From the NCBI GenBank assembly GCA_009914755.4, contig CP086569.2, positions 3,328,001-3,392,000 of the forward strand: a stretch of DNA of 64,000 nucleotides, read 5' to 3'. The DNA is from the human T2T-CHM13v2.0 reference genome, Homo sapiens. A model generated the notes under the pieces. The model did no database searches and was not told the DNA's origin. It was given only the letters and a program-made list of their open reading frames with translations. The translations under genes and the position numbers were made by a program. Position 1 is the stretch's first letter, and the number at the start of each line of letters is the position of its first letter. Shown piece after piece: positions 15,851-30,160 of this stretch.

Positions 15851-16920
15851 CCCAGCTGACAAGGGATTTATAACCAGAATAGATAAGGAGCTCAAACAAC
15901 TCTATAGAAAAAAAATCTAATAATTAAAAATGAGCAAAATATTTGAATAGACATTTCTCTAAAGAAGACATACAAATGACAAACAGGCATATAAAAGGCA
16001 CTCAACATCATTGATCATCAGAGAAATGCAAATGAAAACTGCCATGAGATATCATGTCATCTCAGTTAAAATGGCTTATATCCAAAAGACAAGCAATAAC
16101 AAATGCTTGTGAGGTCATGGAGCAAAAGGAACCCTTATACACTGCTGTTGGAAATGTAAATTAGTACAATCAATATGAAGAACAGTTTGGAGATCACTCA
16201 TAACAATAAAAGTACAGCTGCCATATGATTCAACAATCTCACTGCTGGGTATACATACCCACCAAAGAGGAAATCAATATATCAAAGAGATCTGCACTCT
16301 CATGTTTGTTGCAGCATTGGTCACAGTAGCCAAGATTTCAAAGCAACCTAAGTGTCCAACATCAGCTTTCAATTATTGCATGTTCTTAGATATAAAGGAA
16401 ATATGGTTCATATACATAGTCTATTACTATTCAGCCATTAAGAAAATAAGATTCAGTCATTTGCAACAACATGGATGGAACTGGATATCATTATGTCAAG
16501 TGATATAATCCAGGCACAAAAAGACAAACTTCACATGTTCTCACTTATTGGTGGGATCTAACAATCAAAACAATTGGACTCATGAAGACATAGAGTATAA
16601 GATGGTTACCAGAGTCTGGGAAGGGTAGTGGGAGTTGGATAAAAATTGGGATGGTTAATTGGTACAAGATAATAATCAGAATGAATGAATAAGATATTTG
16701 ATAGCACAACAGGGTGACTATCGTCAACAATAACTTACTTGCACATTTTAAAACTAACATAAGCGGATTGCAACAGAAAGGATAAATGCTTGAGGGAATG
16801 GATACCCTATTTTCCATGATATAATTATTACCATTGCATGCCTGTATCAAAATAGCTCATGTACCCCCATAAATATATACATCTACTATGTTCCCATCGA
16901 AATTAAAAATTAAAAATAAC
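15850..16920 (+). mobile_element. L1 (older L1P/L1M-type) ORF2 C-terminus and 3'UTR, sense orientation
   Basis: Translated ORF2 C-terminal motifs (IREMQMKTAMRYHV..., NPYTLLLEMQISTI..., KCPTSAFNYCMF..., HMFSLIGGI) ending in an A-rich tail near 16920. Confidence 0.65.
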
Positions 16921-16999
16921 AAAAAAGGTATGTTGCTATAGTATTTTTGCCTGGAGTGATCTGTTTTCATCTGTTGGGTATAATTATTAGTGTTAAGTC

Positions 17000-19100
17000 T
17001 TTTACTTCCCGTTTAAAATTTCTAGTTTTCTTATTTATCATTGAAAGTTGTAGTACTGCAGTTTCCAAATGTTCCAGACCATTATTGCAGAGCTTTCTGT
17101 TTCTCTCTTCAATTCTATCTCATATGTTTAGGATCCCTGATATTTAGTGCATATATATATATATAGTATTGTTATATATCTTCTTGTGAATTTATACTTT
17201 ATCATTATATAATGTTTCCATTTGTCTCTTATAACAGTTTCAATTTAAACTCTACTTGGCATTGATATCACCATTCCTTTGCTTTTTCCATTACTGTGTG
17301 CACCAATATTTTTTTCTTCTTATCTCTTTCAACCTTTGCGTGTTCTTAAATACAAAATGAGTATATTAAACTGTCCATATAGTTAAGAGTGCTTTTAATC
17401 CATTGTGTCAGTCTGTCTTTTGGTTAGAGAGTTGAATAAATAATGGTTTAAATTTATAATTGATAGGGAAGATTTATTATTGCCATTTAAATAATTTGTT
17501 TTCTGTATGTCTTATAGCTATTTTGTGCCTCCTCTTTTTTCTAATGCCTTCCTTTGTGGTTAGTTGATTTTTTTTAATTGACACATTTTTATTCCCTTCT
17601 TATTTCCTTTTGTGTGTATTCTATAGATATGTCCTTTGTGGTTACCTTGGTGATTATCCATAATATCCTACATATATGAAAAATTATTTTGAATTAATAC
17701 TACTTTAATTTAAATCATGTACACAAATTTTCTTTCTTCATGTCATTGATTTACAAATGTCATATTAATATATTTTCTGACTATTAATGTAGGTTTCAAA
17801 TTTCTTTTTTAATTTTTTAAATCCTGTAGAGGAATAAAAAATAGCTATAAACCAAAATGCAAAAAAAAATAGTTTTTGTGTGTTTTTCATGTATGTATCC
17901 TTAACAGAAATTTTTATATTTTGTTGGGCTTTAAGTTATTGTCTATACATCCTTTTATGTCTACGTGAAAGACTCCCTTCCGCATTTCTCTTAGCACAGA
18001 TCTCGTGATAATGCACTGTCTCAGCTTTTATTTATCTGATAATGTCTTAATTTCTTCCTCATTTTGAAGGACAGCTTTGCCCTGGATTAAATACTTGATA
18101 GAGAGGGTTTGTTTGTTTCTTTCTTTTAACACTGCAGATATATCTCCTTCCAGACTGGAAGGCTTACCTAAATAATCTGATAAATTTATTAAAGATACCT
18201 TGTGCATGATTAGTCACTTTTCTCTAGATGTTTACAAGATTCTGTTTTATATTTGGCTTTTGCAACTTTGATTATTATGCATCTTGCAGTGGGTCCTTTG
18301 GATTTTTTTTTTAACTTGGAGCTTCTTGTATTTTTATATCCGTGTTTTAAAATCAGATTTTGGATTTCTTATCATTATTTAAAAAATATGCCATTTTTCT
18401 CACTTCTTTTTTTAAGATTACCATAATGCACATATTGTTCTGCTTGACGGTCTCTCATAAATGTCTTAGGCTCTGTTCACGTTGTTCATTATTATTTTAT
18501 TTGGCTTTGCTCCTCAGATTTACTAACTTCCAATGTTCTACCTTCAAGTTTACTAATTCTTTCTTCTTCTGGTTTGAGTCTGATGTTGAGCTTCTGTACT
18601 AAACTTTTCAATTCAGTTATTTTATGTCTCAGCTATAGAATTTCTGCTTTGTTTTGTTTTATAATTTATATCTCACTGTTGACATATTCACTTTTATATA
18701 TGATTTTTATAATACTTTTTCTTTTTTGTGTCTTTTAAATTTAAGCCTACTATAAACAGTTGTTATAAAGTATTTTTCTAATAAGTCCTAGATTTTGGTC
18801 AATTCATAGAGATTTATTTCAGTCCTTTAAATAGACCATTTTTTCTTGTTTTTTACATTTTGCAATTTTTGTTGAAAATTTGACATTTGAAATAACAGCC
18901 ATTCTTCCAGTTTTTGCAATTTGACTCTATGTTAGGTGAAACCTTCACTATAAGCCCAGTGTGAAGGATTTATGTTTCTCAGGTCTTCTCTGGGCATGTA
19001 TATTTCCTGTGTCTGTGTCTGTGCTTTTTTCTAATTCCCTCCATATAAACATCTATGCTGCTTTCCTCATCTTATCTCTTAGTTAGGTGATACAGAATAT
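17000..19100 (-). mobile_element. Probable ancient L1 (L1M) 5'-half remnants in antisense orientation
   Basis: Segments such as tctgatgttgagcttctgtactaaacttttcaattcagttattttatgtctcagctatagaatttctgctttg resemble L1M ORF1-region antisense. Heavily decayed. Confidence 0.3.
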
Positions 19101-21393
19101 GGTTCTGTAAGCAGGCCACAGACAGAGCAAAAATTTGCAAACCATTTCTCTGAGGAAGAAGTGCAAGAAATTTGGCTACTTCCTCCCAAAGATGCCACAC
19201 CAGGGAGGGAGTGACACAGGGCCACAGATTTGCTTGTCTTTATGAGTGTGACTTCTTGTTGATTGGGCATCTGCTTAATTGTTACAATCCATTGACTGTA
19301 TTCTGGGGCTCCTACAAAGTTATTTTAGTTTACAGTTTATAACCTGATGTTTCTGTGGGGAGCCAAAAGGACCTGGAGTTTCTCAAACTGCCATTTTGCC
19401 AATAGCTTGGAAGGCTCTTGTTACCTAATTCTGAAAGCTTTATGAAGTTACTGTAATAAAGATAGTGTATTGTGGAGAAGGAGAGAAATATTTGTCAGTA
19501 GAACAGAAAGGAAGAGGAACAGAGGAAGATCAGAGTAGACCCACTAAAATATGGACAATGGAGCTTTACAATAGCACGAAGGTATTTTACTGGAAAAAAA
19601 TTATCTTTTCAACATATGTTGCATATCTCTATGCAAAGACATTAATAATAACAATATCCATACTATTCTCACATTACAAAAACTAACTCAGATATATTAT
19701 AGACCTATATATAAAACATAATCTTATAAAATTTCTAGAAAAAACTGACTTTGGGTTCGGCAAATATTTCTTAGATGCAACACTAAAAGCACAATTTATA
19801 ATAAAAAGTTCATGTGCTGGACTTTATAAATATTAAAAATATCCACTTTTTAAATTCTGGGATACATGCACAGAATGTGTATGTTTGTTACATAGGTACA
19901 CGTGTGCCTTGGTGGTTTACTGCACCTATCAACCCATCACCTAGGTTTTAAGCCCCACATGAATTAGCTATTCATCCTGATGATCTCCCTCTCCTCACCA
20001 TCCCCCACGACAGGCCCTGATATGTGTTGTTTCCTTCCCTGTTTCCATGTGTTCTCATTGTTGAACTCCCACTTATGAGTGAAACATGTGGTGTTTGGTT
20101 TTCTGTTCCTGTGTTAATTTGCTGAAGATAATGGCTTCCAGCTTCATCCATGTCTCTGCAGAAGATATAATCTCATTCCTTTTTATGGCTGCATAGTATT
20201 CCATGCTGTATATGTACCACACTTTCTTTATCCAGTCTATAATCAATGGGCATTTGGGTTGATTCCATGTCTTTGCTATTGTGAATAGTGCTGCAATAAA
20301 CATACATGTACATGTATCAGTTCTAGATACTTGAGGAATTGCCACACTGTCTTCCACAATGGTTGAACTAATTTACATTTCCACCAACAGCATAAAAGTG
20401 TTCCTATTTTTTCATAGCCTCACCAGCATCTGTTGTTTCTTGACTTTTTAATATTCACCATTCTGACTGGTGGAAGATGGTATCTCACTGTGATTTTGAT
20501 TTGCATTTCTCTAATGATCAATGATATTGAGCTTTTTTTCATATGACTGTTGGCTGCATAATGCACAACTTCTTCTGAGAAGTTTCTATTCATATCCTTT
20601 GCCCACTTTTTGATGGGGTTATTTGTTCTTGTCTTGTAAATTTGTTTAAGTTCCTTGTAAATTCTGGATATTAGACCTTTGTCAGATGTGTAGATTGCAA
20701 AAATTTTCTTCTATTCTGTAGGGTGCCTGTTCACTCTGATGATAGTTTCTATTGCTATGCAGAAGTGCTTTGGTATAATTAGATCCCATTTGTCAATTTG
20801 TTGTAATTGCTTTTAGTGATTTCATCATAAAATCTTTGCCCATGCCTATGTCATGATGGTATTGCCTAGGTTTTCTTCTGGGGTTGTTATCATTTTGGGT
20901 TTTACATTTAATTCTTTAATTCATCTTGAGTTAATTTTTGTATAAGGTGTAAGGAAGGCATCCAGTTTCAATTTTCTGCATGTGACTAGACTGTTTTCAC
21001 AGCACCATTTATTAAATAGGGAATCCTCTTCCCATTGCTTGTTTTTGTCAGGTTTGTTGCAGATCAGATGGTTGGAGATATGTGGTCTTTTTTCTGAAGT
21101 CTCTATTCTCTTCCATTGGTCTATATGTCTGTTTTGGTATAAGTACCATGCTGCTTTGGTTACTGTAGCCTTGTAGTAGAGTTTGAAGCCAAGTAACGTG
21201 ATGCCTCCAGCTTTGTTATTTTTGCTTAGGATTGTCTTGGCTATGTGGGCTCTTTCTTTGGTTCCTTATGAATTTTAAAGTAGTTTTTTTCTAATTATGT
21301 GAAAAATATCAATGGTAGTTTGATGGGATTAACATTGAATCTATAAATTACTTTGGGCAATATGGCCATTTTCACTATATTGATTCTTGCTAT

Positions 21394-22026
21394 CTATGAG
21401 GATGGAATGTTTTTCCATCTGTTTGGATCCTCTCTTATTTCCTTGAGCAGTGGTTTGTAGTTCTTGAAGAGGTCATTCACATCACTTGTTAGCTGTATTC
21501 CTAGGTATTTTATTATCTTTGTAACAATTGTAAATGGGAGTTCATTCATGATTTGCCTCTCTGCTTGTCCATTGTTTGTGTATAGGAATGCTTGTGATTT
21601 TTGCACATTGATTTTGTATCCTGAGATTTTGCTGAAGTTGCTTATCAGCTTAAGAAGTTTTGGGGCTGAGACGATGGAGTTTTCTAAATATACAATCATG
21701 TCATCTGCAAACAGAGACAATTGGACTTCCCCTCTTCCTATTTTAATACTCTTTATTTCTTTCTCTTGCCTGATTGCCCTGGCCAGAACTTCCAATAATA
21801 TGTTGAGTAGGAGTGGTGAGAGAGAGCATCCTTGCCTTGTGCTGGTTTTCAAAGGGAATGCTTCCAGCTTTTGCCTAATCAGTATGATATTGGCTGTGGG
21901 TTTGTCATGAATAGATCTCATTGTTTTGAGATGTGTTACATCAATACCTACTTTATTGAGGGTTTTTAGCATGAAGTGGTGTTGAATTTTATCAAAGGCC
22001 TTTTCTGCATCTATTGAGATAATCAT
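21394..22026 (-). mobile_element. L1 ORF2 reverse-transcriptase domain ORF remnant (210 aa open, inside the decayed L1 above; not a host gene)
   Basis: The ORF-track translation aligns to L1 ORF2 residues about 500-710, including the FADDM catalytic motif. Confidence 0.75.
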
Positions 22027-24082
22027 GTGGTTTTGTCATTGGTTCTATTTATGTGATGAATTACATTTATTGATTCGTGCATGTTGAACCAGCTTTGCAT
22101 CCCAGGGATGAAGCCAACTTGATTAAGGTGGATAAGCTTTCGAAGTGCTGCTGGATTCAGTTTGCCAGTATTTTACTGAGGATTTTTGCATTGATCTTCA
22201 TCAGATATATTGGCCTGAAGGTTTTTTTGTTGTTGTTGCTATTATGTCTCTGCCAAGTTTTGGTATTAGGATGATGCTGGCCTCATAAAATGAGTTAGGG
22301 AAGAGTAGCTCCTTTACAATTGTTTGTAATAGTTTCAGAAGGAATGATAGCAGCTCCTCTTTGTACCTCTGCTAAAACTCAGCTGTGAATCTGTCTTTCC
22401 TTAGCTTTTTTTAGTTGGTAGACTATTTATTACTGCCTCAATTTCAGAACATGTTATTGCTCTTTTCAGGGATTTGATGTCTTCCTGGTTTAGTGTTGGG
22501 AGGGTGTATTTGTTGAGGAATTTATCAATTTCTTCTAGATATTCTAGTTTATTTGCATAGAGGTGTTTATAGTATTCTCTGGTGGTAGTTTGTATTTCTG
22601 TGGGGTCAGTGGTATTATCCCCTTTATCATTTTTTGTTTCATCCATTTGATTTTGCTCCTTTCTTCTTTATTAGTCTAGCTAGCATTCTATCTATTTTAT
22701 TATTTGTTTTTCAAAAACCTAGCTCTTTGATTCATTGATTTTTTTTTGAAGAGTTTTTCGTTTCTCTATCTCGTTCAGTTCTGCTCTAATCTTAGTTATT
22801 TATTGTCTTCTGCTAGCTTTTGGAGTTGTTTGCTCTTGTTTTTCTAGTTCTTTTAATTGTGATGTTAAGGTGTTGATTTGAGATCTTTCTAGCTTTCCGA
22901 TGTGGGCATTTAGTGCTATAACTTCCCCTCTTAACACAGTTTTAGCTGCGTTCCAGAGATTCTAGTATGTTGTTTCATTGTTCCCATTGGTTTGAAATAA
23001 CTTCTTGATTTCTGCCTTAATTTCATTATTTACCCAGGAGTCATTCAGGAGCAAGTTGTTCAATTTCCATAAAGTTGTGTGGTTTTGCATGAGTTTCTTA
23101 ATCCTGAGTTCTAATTTGATTGCACTGTGGTCTGAGAGACTATTATGATTTCAGTTCTTTTGCATTTGCCGAGGAATGTTTTACTTCCAATTATGTGGTC
23201 AATTTTAGAGTAAGTACCATGTGGCACTGAGAAGAATGTATATTCTTTTGTTTGAGGGTAGAGAGTTCCGTATATATCTATTAGGTCCACTTGATCCAGA
23301 GCTGAGTTCAAGTCCTGAATATCCTTGTAAATATTGTCTTGTTGCTCTAATATTGACAGTGGTGTGCTAAAGTCTCACTATTATTGTGTGGGAGTTGAAG
23401 TCTTTTTGTAGGTCTCTATGAATTTGTTTTATGAATCTGGGTGCTTTTGTATTGGGTTCATGTATATTTAGAATAGTTAGCTCTTCCTGTTTAATTGATC
23501 CCTTTATCATTATGTAATGCCCTTCTTTGTCTTTTTTTTTTTTTATCTTTGTTGGTTTAAAGTCTGTTTTGTCAGAGACTATGATTGCAGCACCTGCTTT
23601 TTTCTGCTTTCCATTTTCTGGGTAAATTTTCCTTCATCCCTTAATTTTGAGCCTATGTCTGTCTTTGCATGTGAGATGGGTCTCTTGAATACAACACTCT
23701 GATAGGTCTAGACTCTTTATTCAATTTGCAAGTCTGTGTCTTTTAATTGGAGCATTTAGCCCATTCACATTTAAGGTTAATATTGTTATGTGTGAATTTG
23801 ATTCTGTCATTATGATGCTAGCTGGTCATATTGCACACTAGTTGATACTGTTTTTTCATAGTCATTAGTTTTTATGTTTTGGTGAATTTCTCAGTGGCTG
23901 GTACTGGTTTTTCCTTTCCATATTTAGTGTTTCCTTCAGGAGCTCTTGCAAGCAGGCCTTGTGGTGATGAATTTCCTTAGCATTTGCTTGTCTGAGAAGG
24001 ATTTTATTTCTCCTTCTCTTATGAAGCTTAATTTGGCCTGATATTAAATTCTGGGTTGAAAATTCTTCTCATTAAGAATGTT

Positions 24083-24342
<260 letters not shown>

Positions 24343-26407
24343 AGAATGTTGAATATTGGCCCCCACTTTCTTCTGGCTTGTAGGTTTTCTGCTGAGAGAT
24401 CTGCTGTTAGTCTGATGGGCTTCCCTTTGTAGGTGACCTGGCCTTTCTCTCTGGCTGCCCTTAACATTTTTTCCTTCATTTCAACCTTGGAGAACCTGAT
24501 GATTATCTGTCTTGGAATTGATCTTCTCATGAACTATCTTGGTGGAATTCTCTGTATTTTCTGAATTTGAATGTTGGCCTGTCTTGCTAGGTTCAGGAAT
24601 TTCTCCTAGATAATGTCCTGAAGTGTGTTTTCCAACTTGGTTCCATTTTTTCCTTCTCTTTCAGATACTGGTCTTTTTACATAGTCTCATATTACTTGGA
24701 GGTTTTGTTTGTTCCTTTTTATTTATTTTTTTTGCCTGCCTTATTTCAGCAAGATAGTCTTTCATTTCTGACATTTTTTTTCACTTGATTGATTCAGCTA
24801 TTAATACTTGTGTATGCTTCACAAAGTTCTCATGCTGTGTTTTTCAGCTCCATCAGGTCATTATGTTCCTCCTTAAACTGGTTATTCTAGTTAGCAGCTT
24901 CTGTAACATTTTAACAAGTTTCTTAACTTCTTTCCATTGGGTTAGACCATGCTCCTTTACTTCAGCGAAGTTTGTTATTACCCACTTTCTAAAGCCTACT
25001 TCTGTCAGTTCATCCATCTCATTCTCCGTCCAGTTCTGCACCCTTGCTGGGAGGTGTTGCAATTATTTGGAGGAGAAGAGGCACTCTGGCCTTTTGGGTT
25101 TTCAGCATTTTGTTTGTTTTGCTGATTCTTTCTCATCTTCATGAGTTTGTCTAGTTTCAATCTTTGAAACTGTTGACCCTTGGATGAAGTTTCTGTGGGG
25201 ACTTTTGTTGATGCTGTTGTTGTTGCTTTCTGTTTGTTTATTTTTCTTTCAATAGTCAGGTCCCTCTTCTGTAGGGCTGCTGTGGTTTGCCAGGGGGTTA
25301 ACTTCAGGCCCCCTTTATCTGGTTCCCTCCTGCACCTGGAGATGTCACTCAAGGAGCCTGGAGAAGGGCAAACATGGATGCCTTCTCCTTATTCTGGGAT
25401 CTCTGACCTCGAGGGGAACTGACCTGATGCCAGTAGGAATGCTCCTGTTTAGAGTGTCTGACAACCCTTGTTTGTTGGGGCAGTGGGGGGGGTCTCAGCC
25501 AGTTGGATGGCATGGGAAGCAGGATTCATTTAACAAAGCACTTTGGCTGTCCCTTGGTAGAGGGGGTGTGCAGCACTGGAGGGAAACTCACTCATCAGGG
25601 CTTCCCAGATTCCTCAGAGCTAGTAGGAGGAAAGACTAAGTCTCCTGGTCTGTGGAGACTAAGACCAACCATCCCCTTAGGGGCTCAGTCCCAGGGAGAT
25701 CAGAGTTTTGTTCCTGAGCCCCTAGCTGGAGCTGTTGGAGTTCTTGCAGGGAGTCCCTGCAGTGGAAGTGTTGCTGCCACCCTTCCCCCAAAGAGCTCAG
25801 CTGGCTTAGAAAGCAGGCAGCTGCAGCAGTGGTGATGGCCGCCCCTTCCCCTGGAACTTGGCAGGCTTAGGCAGATTCTAGAACAAGTGGCTGTTGAGAA
25901 TTTGCACACCTCTATGGTTGGGAGCCAAGCCCTGGTGGCATGGGCTCACGAGTGGGATCCTCTGATCCATGTGTTGCACAGTTCTGTGGAGAAAGCACGG
26001 TTTCCCAGGCTGGATAGCACACTCAGCTCACTCACTGCCTCCCTTGGCTGAGGGTGGGGGCCCCCCTGCCCTGTGTGGCCCTTAGGTGGGAGGCTTCCTT
26101 CCACTGCTCTTCCTTCCTCTCTCTGCGTAATGCCAGAAGCCTAGTCAGTGCTAATGACAAAATCTAGATACCTTAGTTTCCAGTGCAGGATTCCATGCTG
26201 TTTGGGATCTTTTCGATGGGAGCCTCTGATCATTGCTGCTTCTAGTTGGCCACCTTGGTCCTTCCAGTTGTAAGCTCAAAATACCACTCTTTCAAAGACA
26301 TGCGAAGAGGATAAAAAAGGCAGTTTTTTTTGGGGGAAATATTTATAAATTCTGTAATTAATAATGGCTTTCTATGAGGAACACAAAAATAACTCTTGAA
26401 AAACTCA

Positions 26408-26429
26408 ATAACAACAACAACAACAACAA
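26408..26429. repeat. (CAA)7 microsatellite
   Basis: caacaacaacaacaacaacaa. Confidence 0.85.
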
Positions 26430-26499
26430 CAAAATACTCCAATAAAATAGATGAAAGATTTAAAAACTTCACCACTGAGGAAATATAATTGACAGGTAA

Positions 26500-26950
26500 G
26501 TGCAATATAAAATTCTTAACATTATTAGGCATTCTGGAAATGCATTTTAAAATGAAAATGGGTTTTTTTTTTTTTAAATCTGAGTATGCTGAGTAACTGG
26601 AACACTCATATATTACTGGTAGGAATGAGGAAGTGTGCATCTAATATGGAAAACATTTTGGTCATTTTTTTAAAAATAAAGTGCAGCAAATACTCGTCAT
26701 TTCTAGAAACTACACTCCTAGGTTTTTACCCAAGTGAAATAAAAAATATATTCATATATAAACCTATATGTCAATGTTTATAGTATCCTTTCCTTGTAAT
26801 CAACCAAAACTGAATACAAGTAAAATGTTCTTCAACTGTATACACAAATAAACATTTGTATATCTACATAATTGAATACAATTTGGCAAAAAAAAAAATA
26901 GTGATACAAACAATAAAATGCCTGAATTTCAAATGCACGTGGCAGTAGTC
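26500..26950 (+). mobile_element. Ancient L1M 3'-region fragment, sense orientation
   Basis: ctgagtaactggaacactcatatattactggtaggaatg ... aaatactcgtcatttctagaaactacactcctaggtttttacccaagtgaaataaaaa matches the L1M ORF2 C-terminus and 3'UTR. Confidence 0.45.
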
Positions 26951-27410
26951 AGACTCCAAAGGCTGTTGTAATAGTTAACTTTAGGCATCAACTTAACTGG
27001 GCTAAGCGATGCCCCAAGAGCTGGAAAAACATAATTTCTGAGTATGTCTGTGAGAGTGTTTCTGGAAGATGCTGGCATTTGAATCAATAGACTGAGTAAA
27101 GACAAACCACTTTTAACAATCTGTCAGGTGTCAGCCAATCTACTGAGAGCCCAAATATAGCAAAAAGGCAGAAGGAGGGCAAATTATCTCTCTTCTTGAA
27201 CTGGAACATTCGTCTTCTGCTCTTAGATATTGACGCTCTTGGTTCTCAGGCCTGTGGTCTCCAGGACTTACACCAGTGGATCCCGCAGTTTTCAGGCCTT
27301 TAGAAGTATACAAAATTATATCACTGGCTTTCATGATTCTCCAGCTTGCACATGAAAAATGGTGGGACTTCTCAGTCTCCATAATTTCATGAACCAATTC
27401 CCATAATAAA

Positions 27411-27490
27411 TCTCTCTCTCTCTGTTTCCGTCTTTCTCTCTCTATCTCTCTTCCTATCTCTACTGCTGCCTTTATCTCTCTGTCTCTCTA
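27411..27490. repeat. Imperfect (TC)n/(TCTC) simple repeat
   Basis: tctctctctctctgtttccgtctttctctctctatctctcttcctatctc... Confidence 0.6.
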
Positions 27491-28315
27491 TACATGTATA
27501 AATGGTATTACATTACTTTATTTCTTTATTATGTGATTATTAGATTTATAAATGTTGATTTATACCTATATTATCTTATGTGACTATGTAAATTTGAAGA
27601 CACAGCTCTGTTTTGCATATAAAACCAAATTGCATACTATACTTTATGGGAAAATTACATAGAAACTATAAATGAAAGTATAAATTTTCCCTTGGGAAAA
27701 GCTTTTAAAGAAATCTATATTATTCTGAGAGTGCAAACATCTCCTTTACACAGACTCAAAGAAATTCAGTTGTTATAGTAAGTATGTCTTCTCCTTTGAA
27801 AATGTGCATTATAAAGACATTTTAAGAAGCACGCATTCTACAAGTTTCCCTTTGTAATTTAGCCATTAGCAATGGTATATACATACAGACAATTATTAGT
27901 CTTGTGCTTCGAAATAGCTGTTGATGATGGACTGGTTCTATAACATTTTTAAGACTCTACATGCTCTTTTTTAGGAAAATGACTTTGCACCTTTCTTTCT
28001 CATTTATTGTAAAGTGGTAATCCTATAAAGGCAAGAAAGCCAAATACCAAAATTATGCATAATTCTCTTATATTAGAAATCATCTTTCCTACATTTGCTT
28101 CTGCTTCTGAAAAAAGTTAAAAATTATGATTTTACATTGTTGTCATTTAATGTAAACAATGGTGATGCACCAGTAGATTGAAGGCTGAATTTACCTACTA
28201 CTTATATTGTACATAGCGTGTTACAATGGTGCTGATACAACACAGAATAAGCACTGTAAAATGCCTTAATACTGTTCAAATACAGGTTTTATTTCTTTTA
28301 TTTTAAAAAAAAGTT

Positions 28316-30160
28316 GCCTAGGTTTTCTTCTAGGGTTTTATGGTTTTATATTTAAGACTTTAATTCGTCTTGAGTTAATTTTTGTATGAGGTGTAAGGAA
28401 GGAGTCCAGTTTCTGTTTTCTGCATATGGCTAGCCAGTTTTCCCAGCACCATTTATTAAATAGGGAATCCTTTCCCTGTTGCTCATTTTTGTCAGGTTTG
28501 TCAAAGATCAGATGGTTGTACATGTGTGGTGTTATATCTCAGGTATCTGTTCTGTTCCATTGGTCATTGGTCCATATATCTGTTCTGGTACTAGTACCAT
28601 GCTGTTTTGGTTACTGTAGCCTTGTAGTGTAGTTTGAAGTTAGGTAGCATGATGCCTCCAGCTTTGTTGTTTTTGCTTAGAATTGTCTTGGCTATACAGG
28701 CCCCTTTTTGGTTCCATGTGAAATTTAAAGTAGTTTTTTTTCTATTCAGGACGTAGGCATGGGCAAAGACTTCATGATTAAAACACCAAAAGCATTTGCA
28801 ACAAAAGTCAAAATTGACAAATGGGATCTAATTTAACTAGAGAGCTTCTGCACAGCAAAAGAAACTATCATCAGAGTGAACAAGAAACCTACAGAATGGG
28901 AGAAAATTTTTGTAATCCATCCATCTGAGAAAGGGCTAATATCCAGAATCTACAAGAAACTTAAATTTACAAGAAAAAAAAACCACATCAAAAAGTGGGA
29001 AAAGAATATGAACATATGAACAGACACTTCTCAAAAGAAGACATTTATGTGGCCAACAAACATATGAAAAAAAGCTCATCATCACTGGTCATTAAAGAAA
29101 TGCAAAGCAAAACCAGTAAGATACCATCTCACACCAGTTAGTATGGCAATTATTAAAAAGTCAGGAAACCACAGATGCCAGTGATGCCGTGGAGAAATAG
29201 GAACGCTTTTACACTGTTGGTGGGAGTGTAAATTATTTCAACCATTGTGGAAGACAGTGTGGCAATTCCTCAAGGATCTAGAACCAGAAATACCATTTGA
29301 CCCAGCAATCCCATTATGGGGTATATACCCAAAGGATTATAAATCATTCTACTATAAAGACATATGTACATGTATTTTTATTGTGGCACTGTTCACAATA
29401 GCAATGACTTGGAACAAACCCAAATGCCCATCCATGACAGACTAAAGAAAATGCAGCACATATATACCATGGAATACTATGCAGCCATAAAAAAGAATGA
29501 GTTCATGTTCTTTGCAGGGACATGAATGAAGCTGGAAGCCATCATTCTCAGCAAACTAATACAGGAACAGAAAACAAAACACTTCATGTTCTCACTCATA
29601 ACTGGGAGTTGAACAATGAGAACACATGGGTACAGGGAGGGGAACATCACACACTGGGGCCTGTCAGGGGTAGGAAGCAAGGGGAGGTAGAGCATTAGGA
29701 CAAATACCTAAAGCATGCAGTGCTTAAAACCTAGATGATGGGTTGATAGGTGCAGCAAATTACCATGGCACATGTATATCTATGTAAGAAACCTGCACAT
29801 TCTGCACATGTATTCCAGAACTTAAAGTAAGACATTTTTTTTTTTTTTTTTGAGATGAAGTCTCGCTCTGTCACCCAGGCTGGAGTGCAATGGCGTGATC
29901 TCCGCTCACTGCAACCCCCGCCTCCCGGGTTCAAGCGATTTTCCTGCCCAGACTCCTGAGTAGCTGCAATTACAGGCACATGCCACCACACCAGGCTAAT
30001 TTTTGTATTTTTAGTAGAGACAGGATTTCACCATGTTGGTCAGGCTGGTCTCGAACTCCTGACCTCATGATCCATTTACCTCGGCCTCCCAAAGTGCTGA
30101 GATTACAGGCGTGAGCCACCGCGCCAGGCTGGCTAAAGTAAAATTGTCTTTAAACAAGTT
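28316..30160 (+). mobile_element. L1 (L1PA-type) 3' portion with a twin-priming inversion: inverted segment 28316-28748 (antisense ORF2), direct segment 28749-30160 (sense ORF2 C-terminus plus 3'UTR). An Alu is inserted near its 3' end.
   Basis: Antisense ...ttgcctaggttttcttctagggttttatgg... (reverse of ...LEENLGN) at the left end. The junction near 28748 switches to sense aggacgtaggcatgggcaaagacttcatg (IQDIGMGKDFM). The inverted block is the L1 segment immediately upstream of the direct block, with about 7 nt lost at the junction. Confidence 0.7.
29835..30129 (-). mobile_element. Alu SINE (AluS-like), antisense, inserted in the 3'UTR of the plus-strand L1
   Basis: Poly-T 29835-29851 then gagatgaagtctcgctctgtcacccaggctggagtgcaatggcg ... 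ggcgtgagccaccgcgccaggc. Approximate TSD cttaaagtaag / ctaaagtaaa. Confidence 0.9.

Noticed and set aside
25503-25909. GC-rich ORFs of 110 aa (+) and 69 aa (-) with no obvious homology
   Set aside because: They lie in the antisense 5'UTR of the near-full-length L1. L1 5'UTRs are GC-rich and give long chance ORFs, and there is no protein-like composition.
26242-26640. 132-aa minus-strand ORF
   Set aside because: It spans the L1 5' junction, a (CAA)n/(V)n low-complexity run (VVVVVVI) and an L1M fragment. It is a chance ORF in AT-rich repeat sequence.
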